This document shows positions 38,611-51,960 of a stretch of 64,000 nucleotides of DNA, in pieces (position 1 is the first letter of the stretch; each line of letters begins with the position of its first letter). This DNA comes from Centroscyllium fabricii. Taxonomy: Eukaryota. The position numbers were made by a program, and so were the translations under genes. Location: the NCBI GenBank assembly GCA_051313645.2, contig JBNRSN020000010.1:12090001-12154000 (forward strand). The letters run 5' to 3'. The notes under the pieces are model-generated. The model did not search any database and was not told the DNA's origin. It was given only the letters and a program-made list of their open reading frames with translations.

Positions 38611-39214
38611 TGTTGAAAATAATGCCAATCATATTATTCAGTAACTGCAATGCCTAATCTTCCAAATAAGGCTCTAAATCGAAACTGGGGAAATTCCTTT
38701 ATATTTATAAAGCACAAGCAAGACGTTATACATGACAATATTCGAGCAGCAGTTTACAGACGACTCTTAAGTCCTATATTACCCCGTTATACTCTGGGTA
38801 GAAGCACAAACATGATTAAGCTGCACACCATGTCTCTGGTCTCTCTTCGCTCTTTGTCTCCTGGGTGTCTCCTTGAATCTTCCTGAAATGTTCTACACGT
38901 TGTTTCTGTTAAGATCCCCTTGGTATATCCTTACTCTCATCAGAAACTTTCATATGGAGTCTTACTGAACCAATCGCTGGCTGACACCCAAAAGCCCCCA
39001 TATCCAATCACAGAGATGCCACCTCCGTAGCAACTTGGCTTGCACATGTTCAAGACTTATGAGAAAATTATATAACCTGTTTTTGACCAACAATACTCAT
39101 ATTTGGAGTAGTTATGGCATCCCAACGGAACATATCTCCAGATTGCAGAGATATGGCGTCCTTCCTGTTTCTGAGAAATGCGTAGGTTTTGGTTTCACTG
39201 CAGACATCATAACA
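38611..39214 (-). mobile_element. Putative old LTR
   Basis: TGTT...AACA ends, two CCAAT boxes and a TATA-like motif arranged as in the LTR at 51209. No partner LTR or TSD found. Confidence 0.3.
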
Positions 39215-39494
39215 TTCCAATTGAGTGGCAGCTACACCTGAACTTGCTTCCCCGGCTAGCTGCACTCCATGTCTCATTCTTGCTTTGGCTAATATCCACC
39301 TTTCACCCACAGCTTTCCTATTCGGCTATAGCAGTGCTCTTTCTGACTCAGGTTGACTGGTTAAAGCCACCACACAGAATGTTAAGTAAGAGCAACGTGA
39401 TTTCGTATCATATATCATCCAGATTACAATTGCATAAAATTGATTATGAAAGATTGCTACATTTAATTCATACACAAGATTCAGACGATTGAAC

Positions 39495-40495
39495 TGGAAG
39501 CAGCTATACAGTGGTGTTTCCCAGAGGTCGGTTCCAGGATCACTGTTTCTCTTGATATAAATTAATGACTTGGACTTCGCTATGGAGGGCAACATTTCAA
39601 AAGTTGCAGTTGACACAAAATGTGCAAGTATTGTGAACATTGAGGAGGATAGTGATAGACATGGAGAAGACATGCAAATGAAACTTAACGCAGAATGGTG
39701 CGAAGTGATTATTTTGGTAGGAAGAACCTGGAGAGGCAATAAACTAAAGGGTATAATTCTAAAATCGGTGCCTGAATTGAGAGACCTGAGTGTATATGTG
39801 CACACATCTTTGAAGGTGGCAGGGCAGGTTGAGAAAGCAGTTAAAGGAGCATATGGCATCACGGGCTTCATAAATAGAGGCTTAGAGTACAAAATCTATT
39901 CGGGTAAAATGAACATTCATAAAACACTGGGTCGGTATGAACTGCAGTATTGTGTACAATTCTGAGCGCCGCACATTATCAAGGATGTGACGGCCTTATA
40001 GACGTCGCAGAAAAGAATTCCGAGAATGATTCCAGGGTCGAGGGTTTTCAGTTACGTGTATAGACTCGAAACGCTGGGGTTGTTCTCCTTACAGCAGACA
40101 ATGTTAAAAGGAGATTTGCTAAATATATTCATATCATGATGGCTCTAGACAGATTAGATAGAGAGACACTGGTCCAGTTGGCAGAATGGTCGCTGAAGCA
40201 GAATACACACATTTAAGGTGATTGGCAAAAGATCCAAAAGCGACGTGAGAAATAACTTGAATATGCAGCAAGCGGTTAGGGTACGGAATACACTGCCTGA
40301 AGGGCTGGTGGAACTAAACTCAATCGGCGCTTTCAAAACGGAATTGGATAATTACCTGAAAGAAAACAAATGCAGGGCTATGGGGAAAGGGAAGGCGAGT
40401 GGAACTAGCTGAAGTGCGCTTGCAGAGAACCAGCACGGGCTCAACGGGCCGAATAGCCTCCTTCTGTGCTGCAGACGTTCTATGATTCTATGATT
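39495..40495 (+). mobile_element. CR1 LINE, 5'-truncated
   Basis: ISKVAVDTK, RDLSVYVHTSLKV, LQYCVQF; tail ttctatgattctatgatt. Confidence 0.85.
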
Positions 40496-41574
40496 ATAAG
40501 ATATTTATTATTATAAGATATTACATCAATATTGTAAAATCGACGAAATGCATGATAACCTTTCACCATGACGTTACAGATTGTGGTGATATACAATTAT
40601 GTTGATGTTGATGGACGACAGCGATTCGTAGAGGCTAATTCCTAAGCTGCTAAATCTGTTCTGAACCATTTAGCAAGTTGGTAGTGCCACACAACACGTG
40701 TATAGAAGGCCCTTCGTCTCGACACGGACTGTGCAGCCGTAACTCCTAAACATACTGACATGGATAGATGCATTTGTGATACATAGAGTGTTTTGGACGA
40801 GCTCAAGTAGGTTTTCCCTCGTGTTGTTTCGCTCACCACATGCCCCAAGCACAGACTTCCAGTTATGCCCTTGTAGGGTCGGACAACTCGGTCAGTAGTG
40901 GTGTTACTGAGCCAGTTTTGATTTTGAACATATATATCACCTCCCAATGAACATTCTGTGTCATTTCTAATCTCAGTGCTTCTTCGAATTGGTCTTCAAC
41001 ATTAACAAGAACTTCATCCTCACTGACAGAGGTCGTTAGGTGGTAATCAGCATGAGGTATCCTTGCCCATGTATGATCTGATGACATGAGTCTTTATGAG
41101 GTCCGAAGTCAATTTATAATACTCCGAGTACCACACATTCACGACTGTATACCACTGTGTTGGCACCTCTTCGAGGTCTGTCATGGTGGTGGGAAAGCAC
41201 CTACCCAGGGATAGTGATGGAGGATACTTGGACGTTGGCTGCCGGTCTGGGATTTTGACAGGTGTTGAGCGAACAATCACGAGGGTAATAATTACTTGAC
41301 CACGACCTCAACAATTACCTGTTGCAGATACATCTGACCATGAGAGCATTGATCGCAGTGACCAACACACAGTCCTTGTGGAGACGGAATCAGGTGCTGA
41401 TTTGGTTGTTTTCAGAAAAGATCTAGCAGCTAAAAGCTGGCACCATGAGGTGCGTGTGCCATCCGCAGCAGCAGAATTGTATTTTACCTGAATCTGTAAC
41501 CTCATGGCGCGGCATATCACTTAATCTACTGTTACCATTAAGCCTGGGTAGCACCCTGGTTCAATGAAGAGTGT

Positions 41575-42215
41575 AGGAACAAAGAAACATAGAAATATAC
41601 AAACATAGATAACAGGAGCAGGAATAGGCCATTTGGTTATTCGAGCCTGTTCTGCCATTTAATAAGATCATGGCTGAACATCCCATTCCGTACGCTGTCC
41701 CTGATGCCTCACGATACCCCTTGATCACTTTAGCCTTAAGAAATATATCTAACTCATTATTGAATATATTTTATCAGTTGTCCTCAACTGCCTTCTGTGG
41801 TGGAGAATTCCACAGGATCACCACTCTCTGGGTGAAGAAATTTCTCCTCATCTGAGTACTAAATGGAGTATCGCTTAACATTAGTCTGTGACCATGGATC
41901 TGGATTCTCTCGCCAACGGTAACATCCTTCCTGCATCTAGCCGATCTAATGCTGTTAGAATTGTATAAGTTTCATTGAGATCCCCTCTCATTCTTCAAAA
42001 CTCCAGCGAATATCAGACTAATTGATCCAAACTCTCATATACGTCATTCCTGCCATCCCAGCTATCAGTCTGCTGAATCCTCCATGCACTCCGTCCATGG
42101 CAAGAACATCCTTCCTCAGAAAAGGCGAGCAAAACTGCACACAATACTCAAGCTGTTGACTCAGCAAGGCCCTGTACAACTGCAGCAAGACATCATTGCT
42201 CCTGTACTCGAATTC
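41575..42215 (-). mobile_element. CR1 (HER1-like) 3' fragment
   Basis: aacatagaaa tail plus reverse complement of the CR1 3' end. Confidence 0.85.
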
Positions 42216-42221
42216 TCAAGG

Positions 42222-44107
42222 ACGACGGTGTCAATCATGGGAGAGCAAAAGACAATGCTGACGTGTTCGCAACCATCTTCAGCCAATATTGCCGAGTGGA
42301 TGATCCATCTCGGCCTGCTCCTGAGATCGCCACCATCAGTGTCAGTTTCAGCCAAATCGATTCACTCCAAGCAACATCAATGTATGACTGACCGCGCTTG
42401 CTACGGTAGAGGCCGTGGCCCAACAGCCTCTGTGCTGTGCTGCTGCAGATTTGTGATCCAGATGTAGCTGGACTTCTTGCCAACCTGTTTCAGTGCAACA
42501 GCAACACTGGCATCTACCGATATAGTGAAAACTTACCCCGGACTGTCCTGTCGACAAAAAGCAGGACAAATCAAATTGGGCCAATTACCGCTCCATCAAC
42601 TTACTCTCAAGTATCAGCAAAGTGAAGGAAGGTGTCATCGTCTTTGCTATCAAGCGTCACTTGCTAATCACTAATCTGCTAATCGATGCTCAGTTGGGTT
42701 CCGCCACGATCACATGGCTCCAGATCTCATTACAGCTTTGTTCAAACATGGACAAAGGATCAGAATTCCAGAGGTGAGGTGACAATGATTGCCCCGGAAA
42801 CCAACAGGCATTTGCTCGAGTCTGACATCCAACAACACTGGTAAGACTTCACTGGCTGGAGTCATACCGAGCAAAAAGCAAGATTGTTGCAGGCCAGTCA
42901 TATCTGCCGAAGGATTTACTCAGGGCAGTGTCCGAGACACAACCATCTTCAGCAGCTTCATCATTGAAGATCCTGCCATCATAAGAACAGAGGAGTCAGG
43001 TTGTTCGCTACTGTTTGCAGAGTGTTGCATTTATTCTCAGCTCCTGTGATATTGATGCCCACATACAGCGAGACCAGGGAAACTGGCAGGCCTGGGCTGA
43101 TAAATGGCAAGAAACATTGCTGACAGACATTTTGCAGGAAATTACAAACTCCAAAAAGACAGAAAGTAAACACCTCCCCTTAACATTCAACAGCATTACC
43201 ATCGTCCAGACTCCCACAATAAACATCGCAGGGGACACCAATGACCAGATAATTAACAGGACGAGCTACAGCAGTAATGTAACTGCAACAGCAGGTCAGA
43301 GATCGGGTATTCTGCGACGAGTTTCCCACCCCCTGACTCCCCAACACTTTTCTACCTGCTACAAGGCACATGTCAGGAGTGTGATGGAATACACAGAAAC
43401 ACAGAGGATAGGAGCAGGAGTAGGACATTTGGTCCTTCGAGGCTGCTCTGCCATTTTGATGAGATCATGGCTGATCATCCAAACCCAGCACCCCCCATCC
43501 TACCCTCTCCCCATATCGCTCGACACCACTAACTCTAAGAACTATATCTCACACACATCCTAATGGGCAATTTTTAGTATCTCCAATTCACCTAACCTGC
43601 ATGTCTTTGGGTACTCGCCACTTGCCTGGATAAGTGCAGCTCCAATATTCAAGAAGCTCAAAACCATCCAGGACAAAGCAGCCCGCTTGATTGGCACAGA
43701 ACCAACATGTTCACCATTAACTCCGTCCACCACCAGTACATTGTGTCTGCAGTGTGTACCATCTAAAAGATGTACTGCAGCATCTCGCCAGGTTTCTTCG
43801 ACAGAACCTCCCAGACATGCGAACTCTGCAGCCAGGAAGGACAAGGCCAGCAGTTGAATTGCGAACACCACCACCTGCAAGTTCTCCTCCAAGTTACACA
43901 CTATCCAGACTTGGAAATATGTCGCCGTTCCTTCACCATCATTCGGTCAAAATCATGGAAATACCTCCCCAACGGCACTGTGGGAGGACCTTCACAAATA
44001 GACTGCAGTGGTTTAAGAAGGCGGCTGATCACCAACATCTGAAGTGTAGTTCGGGATGGGGATTAATGGCTGGCCTTGACATTGACACCAACATCCCGTG
44101 AACAAAT
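42222..44107 (+). mobile_element. CR1/L2-clade LINE with deletions and an inserted SINE fragment (~43393-43607)
   Basis: AWADKWQ, ATAGQRSGILRRV, YKAHVRSVMEY, IQDKAARLIG motifs. Confidence 0.8.
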
Positions 44108-44119
44108 AAGGAAGAGGTC

Positions 44120-44650
44120 AACAGAAGTAATGGTAGAGATTAGTCACGACCCATTAGCTTAGAGTATCGTTCAAAGCAGTAACATTTCAGAAGAGCCACT
44201 ACCAGCTATATTAGAATCGGATCATCACGAATAATGTTATATTAAGGTCAGCTGCAGTAATATTACAGCCAAGTAATCACCAGTAATAAGGTCGTAGAGT
44301 CACCAACAGCAACGTGACAGTGGGGACTTCGGTATTAATGTAAGAGTAGGATCATCCCTGTCATGTTTATGTAGGGCCGCCACCAGTAATAATCGAGTAG
44401 GGTCAAACACTGTCAAGTTATAGTTCAGGCTCAACCTGTAGGTTGTAATGTACGAGTAGGGTCATCAGCAGTTTGTTTTAGTAGTGTCATCACAAGTAAT
44501 GTTAGAGTAGTGTCATCAGCATTAATATTAGAGAAGTGTCACCGGCAATATTGTTAGAGTGGAGTCACCACCAGTAATGTCAGTGCAGGGTCAGCACCAG
44601 TCCTGTTACAGCCGATTCAACATCATTCATCATCATAGTACAAAACAAAT
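44120..44650. repeat. Degenerate 26-bp minisatellite upstream of GPCR copy B
   Basis: Copy of 790-1320. Confidence 0.8.
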
Positions 44651-44771
44651 TTTAATTATGCAATGGATGAGTGACGATTTCACGAAATCAACGCAGTGTC
44701 CGGGGGAATATTTGTTTACACCTTCAGGGTTTGCTGGGCATGCGCAGAGTTCATTTCCTCTGGGATAACTT

Positions 44772-44952
44772 TGATGGGCGGAATTTCATGGACTGAGCTG
44801 TTCAATTTCCCCATTGGCCGCCCGGGCGCACTGGACCAGAAAATCGCCCCTTGTTTGTTAAGTGACTGTAACTAACGCCAATTATTGTGAAACCTAATTT
44901 TCTCACCGGGGCACCGATTGTTCTATAAATTGGAAGCATTTACGGATCTCAG
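44772..44952 (+). promoter_or_regulatory. Putative core promoter of GPCR copy B
   Basis: TATAAA at 44924-44929, with CCAAT and GC box as in copy A. Confidence 0.6.
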
Positions 44953-45008
44953 AATCACTCCAGTGAGAATCGTAAAGCAGCGCAAAAATCACAAAAATCT
45001 TCCAAATC

Positions 45009-45078
45009 ATGGTACGGCCATTAATTCTGCAGATACGGGACATTTTCTACCATGTCCTCGCAGCATTTGGCATTCCCG
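45009..45078 (+). CDS. GPR139/GPR142-like GPCR copy B, exon 1
   Basis: ATG at 45009, MVRPLILQIRDIFYHVLAAFGIP, donor G|gtaagt. Confidence 0.88.
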
Positions 45079-46739
45079 GTAAGTCAATGTATCCTGTTGC
45101 AAAATAACTGTTGACTATCTCAGTGTTAATGTAACAGATTCCGGGAATGTTCACATTGCAGAGTTATTTATTCACCGGGATCAGTCGGTGAAAATCGGCG
45201 GCAATCCTAGTCGTCTTCGCGACCGCTGAGGCGCTGTTCTATGCATTAGATCGCGGGCATCGGGCACTTCTTGTTCCTCCCTATATTGAGGGAGGGTGAG
45301 CCTGATTCCCCGGCCTCTCCAACTAAAGAATGTGTTGCTCAGAGCCCGTAGTAATCAGGTAATTTGTGACGTTGTTCCCTGTGTGCATTAAGTTGATAAT
45401 TGCTCGGAATGCAAAAACGTCCACACAGCAGGGGATTTGGAAAAGGTATTTTATGAAATAAATTCTACTCAGGAAGGTGTGCTCCTCCTCTCGGCAGCGT
45501 TTGAGTAGAAGTTGAACGTTTTTTTTCGATCGGAGTTGAATATTTTATTTTGTATTATATCTTTCCATTAATTGCCGTGTAGTTACATTTAATGCTTGAC
45601 TGAAGTTTTCTGGACAGACGGGGGATTTTCAGACCCTCGAGAGTGAATGTTCAGTGATGTCATTGCTTTAAATGAGGTGTCTTCACCATCGCCTATATTA
45701 ATGAAAAAATCCGTGCACATAACGCTAAATAGGAAAACATCTGAACATTGAAACATAGAAACATAGAAGATAGGGGCAGCAGTATGCCATTCGGCCCATC
45801 GAGCCTGCTCTGCCATTCAATGAGACTATGGCTGATCATCCAAACTCAGTACCCTCTCCCTGCCTTCTCCCCATATCCCTTGATTCCTTTAGCCTTAAGA
45901 AACATATCTAAACATTTCCCCAAGAGCCCGATATTCCCGAGCCGTGCATATCCTGTTTGAGCTCTGGTGCGAGCGTACCAGAGCTCAAACCCGCATGAAG
46001 CAGCCGTTTGCGCTGATCATGACTTTCCGTATACGGCCCGCAGGGGGGGGGGGGCGGGGGGGGCAGAGTTCCTGCTATGGTTATCGCAGAAACCAGCGCA
46101 CCACGTGGTGCGCTGAAACATTACGGGTTTTTTTCTAAGATTTTCATCGGACCAAGCACTGAAGATTCTGCGCTTGGAAAAAAGGAGTCGTTAGCACCCG
46201 GTTTTACAGGTAAGTCTTTATTTTATTGATTTAAAGTATTGTTCTTTCAGATTTTTAATTATTGTTAACTTTAAAGACGGGTAAGTATTTTTTATGCCTA
46301 TTAAATTGTGAAACATGTTTTTCAAAATTTTTATTTTTTCTTTAAAATAGGTGATTTATGTTAGTTGGATGATTTTTTTTTTAATGTGGTGTTTTTAAAA
46401 AAAAATTGTGTTTAGATGTGTTTTGGAAGATCTCTCTTTTGAAAACTTACACAGATTTCACCATGTAAGTTTTTAATGGAGGATTACTTCCATTGATTGG
46501 CTCCCTGCCGATCACGTGATCTCGTGGGAGATTTCTAATTACGCCACTTAATTGCCCAGGGAGCTCGCACAGAGCTGTGCAACTTGGAAAGTCACAGTGC
46601 AAAAACTAAAAACTGAAAAAGTGCTGGGCATGTGCAAATAAGAGTACTGCACCCACACGAATGCTCCTGGGCTAATTTCTGGCTTCTGTGAGATTTATCC
46701 GAATGACTGTTATTGACCTCTTGTTGCTCCTTCTTACAG

Positions 46740-47641
46740 CGAACCTATTGACAATCGTGATTCTCTCCAGAGGAAAATGCGGCCTTTCCAAATGTATCTC
46801 TTTCTACATGGTGGCCATGGCAGCAGCAGACCTACTGGTCATGATCATCAATATATTATTGAACCGCATTTTACGTTATCACTTCCCACATTCATTCCTG
46901 TCCTACACTGCCGTTTGTAAGCTCATTATATACCTGCAATCTGTTGCCCTCTATTTGTCGGTGTGGTTTACAGTCTCGTTCACATTTGACCGATTTGTAG
47001 CTATATGTTGTAAGAAGTTTAATACAACGTATTGTACAGTGAGAACTGCCGCTGCGGTTATAACAACGGTCTCTGTCCTGATTTGTTTACAGAGCCTCCT
47101 GTTTTGGTTTTCGTTTGAACCTCAGCGAATAAGTAACAATATTCACTGGGGTTGCCGCCCCAGACTGGAATTTTTGTCATCGCCTTTAGGAATTGCGTTT
47201 ACCTGGTTGCGTAGCATTTGTTTTTCTTGGCTTAGTTATGCTTTGATATTACTGTTTAATGGTTTGACAGCCAGACGTATTTTAGTGGCCAGTCGAGCCC
47301 GCAGGGGACTCCGGGGTCGCAGCAGTGAGAATCAGAGCGATCCAGAGATGGAGAGCCGAAGGAAATCCATCATTTTGCTGTTCACTGTATCGACCAGTTT
47401 TATACTGCTGTGGCTGACAGCTGTCGCATCTTCTTTACTTTCCAGCCTGCTAAGCACCGTGTATTACAGAGGCGATTATGCAGCCCCTGCCTATATTGCC
47501 GTTGAAACCGGATATATGCTCATGTACTTGAGTTCCTGTACAAACACGTGCATTTATGCAGCTACACAAACCAAATTCAGGGAAGACCTGAAGCAGGTAG
47601 TGAAAACTCCTTGGACATTTATTTGCAAAAAAACGAAATAA
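46740..47641 (+). CDS. GPR139/GPR142-like class A GPCR copy B, exon 2 (intact; 323 aa spliced)
   Basis: Acceptor ttcttacag|c, 902 nt open to TAA. Seven hydrophobic segments, TM2 AADL, TM3 Cys and DRF, ECL2 Cys (WGC), TM7 NTCIY, helix 8 TKFR. Confidence 0.95.
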
Positions 47642-49226
47642 TATAACAAAGATTCTGGTCCAAACTAGAGAGCAATTACTATGGTTTGCTGTTGAGAAAA
47701 TTAAAAGGCATCAGAGAACATTTACTCGGAAGGTCAGCATTTATTGTCCATCCCTAATTGCTCTTGAGAAGGTGCTGATGAGCCGCCCTCTTGAACTGTT
47801 GCAATCCATGTGGTGAAGCTATTAGTAGTGTGTTGTTCGGGAGGGAGTTCCAGGATTTTGACCCAGCGATGACGTATGAACGGCGATATACATCCAAGTC
47901 AGAATGGTGTGTGATTTGGAGGGGAACGTGGAGTTAGTGGTGTTCTCATGTGACTGTTGCCCTTGACCTTCGAGGTGGAAAGTTTTGCGTGTTTGGGAGG
48001 TGCTGCCGAATGTGCCTTGGCGAGTAAATTGGTACAAATGTTACAAAAATAAAAACAGAGTTATAATTAAAATATTCACTTTGCCGAATTGCAATTAAAG
48101 GAACAAGAGCAAAATTATTGGTAATATAACAAAGGAAGGTAATCATCCATATCAACCCAACCGAAAACGTGCTCGTTAAGTAAAGGTAACTATCAATGAT
48201 GATAAAAAGATGAGTCCTTTAAATTTTCCATATATAGAGTTGTATTTTCACTTCTATATGATTAGATAATGCAAAATTGTGAGGAATGATACGAAGAGGC
48301 AGTGGGAATTTGTCAGTTTGGAATGAGCTTTCGCAATGGTCTAAGAAAGATACTGAGTTCAGAACAAAACACTTTTGATCCCCAACAAACAATCAACATT
48401 TGTGATCGTAGTTAGTACCTTTCATTGTATGTTTCAGAACTATTGCAAATACTGTTTCCTTAATATACCTATGTCACCTCACTGCAATGTTCAAGAACCT
48501 GATTGAAAACCTTTCGCTAACAATAGCTTCAGTACTTTGTGAATGAGCTTCATTTATTAAATGGGATTAAATGCCCTCTGTACCCATCAATCTTCAGAGT
48601 GCCACTTGATCCTGACCTTCTGTAAAAGCCAAACTCCACTTGGTTTCAAGTCTCTGTGGAGCCCAGACTTTGACAATCCGGCTGCCTTCCAGCTTCTGGG
48701 GAACTGATTATGAGTTTCGAGTAATTCTGTGTAACAGGCACATTCTCATTTAACTGCAGTCAGACGATCAATAGTAGTTACGGCTTCATGCAGTGGTTTT
48801 CACTCGATGAGACCCAGAAGAGATGCATGTGCAGCCAGCTACAATCGTGAGAATTCCATCTGCAATCAACCACATTATTCAAAATCAAAAAGTAAAATAG
48901 AAAGCAAAGTTAACCATTACATAACCGTGTCAAATTGCATCCCATATGATTGTGATTCTGGACCTCATTTCTAATTAAACAGCCACTACTTAAAATTCAC
49001 TCTTCTATAAACGTTTCCAATTCAGACGAAGGGTTCGATCCGAAACGTTATCTTTGTTTCTCTCTCCTCGATGCAGCCTGAACTGCTGAGTGATTCCAGC
49101 ATTTTCTCTTGTTATTTCAGATTGCATGCTCCGCTCTATTTGGCTATTTGTATTGACAAGTTGCTATGTGCTTCTGGCATTCCTGTGAACTCTATTTGTT
49201 ATTAAACGGTGAATATCTTTCTACGT

Positions 49227-50422
49227 CCCTGAAATTACACTGTCTCTATCTCTAATCACACAGTTACTGTGAACCCTTAAATTGCCCTGTCTTCTATCTC
49301 TACTGACACCGTTACTGTGTTCCCCTAAATTACCCTGTCATCTAGCTCTCATTAAACAGTTACTGTGTGCCCTAAATTACCCTGTCCCCTATCTCTAATT
49401 ACGCAGTTACTGTGTTCCCCTAAATTATCTTGTCCTCTATCACTAATTACACGCTTACTGGGTAACGCTATACTACCCTGTCCTCTATCTACTTTGCACA
49501 GTTACTGGGCTCCCCTCAATTACCCGGTCCTCTTTCACTAATTACAGTTAGTTTCCCCTGAAGTACCCTGTCCGCGTGCCCTAATTACAATGACTACATT
49601 CCACCAAATTACCCTATTTAATTACACTGTTAATGTGATCCCCAAATTAACGTGTCCTCTATCTCTAATTACACTGTTACTGTGTTCTCCTAAATGACCT
49701 TGTCCTCCCTCTAATTACACAGTTACTGTGTTCCCTTAAATTACCCTGTCTGCTATCTCTTATTCCACCTTTAATGTGTTCCCATTAATTAAACTGTCCT
49801 CCATCTCTAATTACACAGTTGCAGTGTTCCTCTAAATTGCCCTGTCCTCTATTTCTACTTGCACAGTTACTCTGTTGCTCTTAATTACACTGTCCTCTAT
49901 CTATTATTAGACAATTACTAATTTCACCTAAATGACCCTGTCTTCTCTCAAGACATTTATTCTATCACTGGATATAGAGTTAGTTTCCCCTAAATAATCC
50001 TGTCCGCACTCTCTCATTACAGTTTCATTTTCCACTAAATTACCCTGTCCTCTAGCTCTCATTAAACAGCTACTGTCATCCCCTAAATTACCCTGTCCTC
50101 TATTTCCAATTACACATTTACTGGGTTCCTCTAAATTAGCCTACCCTCTATCTCAAATAACACTGTTAGTGTAAAGTCAGTTTAATCTATTTCCGTATAA
50201 TTACTGTCTGCATTACTCAAATTACCCATTTCTCTATTTCTAATTCAGCAATTGCTGTTTTACCCTATATATCCCGTTATTCTACTGATAAGTAAACCAT
50301 TGTTTAACTCCCCTAAAGTCTCCTTTATTCGAGTTTAATTAGAAAGTTGCTGTCTTCCCCTAAATGTACCTTTCCTTTAATTTAATTTAGCACATACTGT
50401 AATCCCGTGAAGTCCCCTATTA
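49227..50422. repeat. 48-bp minisatellite (copy B)
   Basis: Copy of 5865-7060. Confidence 0.85.
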
Positions 50423-51208
50423 CCCATCGTGTAAGCTTTTGTTGTCCTGGATTCCACCTCCTGCTGCCTTAATCCTATTCCAAATGAACAGGTGACCAGG
50501 CTGTTTCTCTTCCTAGACCCATGCTGTCAGATTATGAACAGTTCCCTCAGCTCTGGCACTATCCGCTCCCTTTCAGATCAGCCACCCTCTCTCCCTCATG
50601 GCAAATGCAACATTGAGTCCTCTACCTTTTGCAATCTACTGCCGCATCTCCAACATCATAATCCTGTCCAAATACCTTATTGTTGGCGTATTGTCGGCTC
50701 CATAATTCGTGTCCATCTCTCGCGCAATTCCCTGTTTAAATCTATCCAATCTAATTTCTGCCTTTTCACAGCACTTGAAACGGCCATTATTGAATTCTCA
50801 AATTATATGCTCTGTGACTGTGACCATGGTGTAGCCCTGCAATCTTCCCGCGATCGATGCTGCGTGGTCCATCCAGTTTGATTCTTACGGAGTTTTGTAG
50901 TGTTTTGTTACAACTAAGAGGCTTGCTAGTGTATTGCAGTCGCGAGTTAGAGTCAACAACATTGCTGTGGGTCTGGAATCGCATATTTGCCTGACCTGGT
51001 AAGGACAGCAGATTTCCTTCCCTGAAGGGCATTAGTGAACCAGTTGGGTTTTTAAGACAGTGCAATAGTTTCATGGCCACCATTACCGATACTAGCTTTT
51101 TATTCCAGACTTTTATTTCATTAATTGAATTTAATTTCCCCCAGCTGCCGTAGTGGAAGTTGAGCTCAGGTCTCCACATCATTACGTCCTGGTCACTGGA
51201 TTACTAGT

Positions 51209-51886
51209 TGTTGTAGGAATATTTATGTATTGATTAGCTGAAGTCTGGCGGACGAACCGTGAAGGAAAGTCGACGCTACCCAGCCTAATCACACAGAGTA
51301 ATAAAACTCAAACTCAGATTGTCTGTTTAAAATGCGAGAGTATACCTTTATTTTTCAGAGCTCCGGGAGATAAGTGCTAGTCACACTTTCTCAAAATAGC
51401 TGCTCCGGTTTTCCTTTTTATACAATATTTCAAAGCATTTGCGCGCGTTACATTTTCTTAAGCCAATCAATAAATTGTTTCTAGGCATATTACATTATTA
51501 TGAGCCAATTAACTCAATAACCTCCAACTTACGTCAACAACCTAGCCTTATCTTGCACCTGCAACTACCCCCTAGCTTCTTCTAAGACCCCATTGTATTC
51601 TGTTTTTAGTTAGTTTCTCTATGTCCCTTTGTTGATTTACGTCTTTAATCAACTTTTAATCTGTTCCCACAGTTGAAGCTCACTCCTCGTAGCTGTTCCC
51701 ATAGCCTAGGAGTTTTCAAACCGTCTAGAATATGCTGCAGTTGTATATTATTTAATTCTCTTTAAAACGTCCTCAATATTACCCTGTTAACCCTTTGGCG
51801 GCGTTTCTTCACTGGAAGTGTATGCCTTTTAAATTTAAAGGGTCCATTAAAGCTTTTAGTCCAAGCATCCAAAATTTACTCCAACA
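51209..51886 (-). repeat. ERV 3' LTR (678 bp)
   Basis: Minus strand has ATTGG, TATAAAA (~51416-51422) and AATAAA (~51347-51352). Confidence 0.9.
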
Positions 51887-51960
51887 ATCGCTCCTTTTGG
51901 TTCTGGGCAAGGCCGTGCTTGACCCAGATGACCATCGATCGATCTTCACAGTGCTGACGC

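Noticed and set aside
46688-46739. ORF-track N-terminus MRFIRMTVIDLLLLLLT as the true start of a single-exon GPCR
   Set aside because: It is the intron's polypyrimidine tract and acceptor, and this frame is broken in copy A. The real start is the 70-nt exon at 45009.
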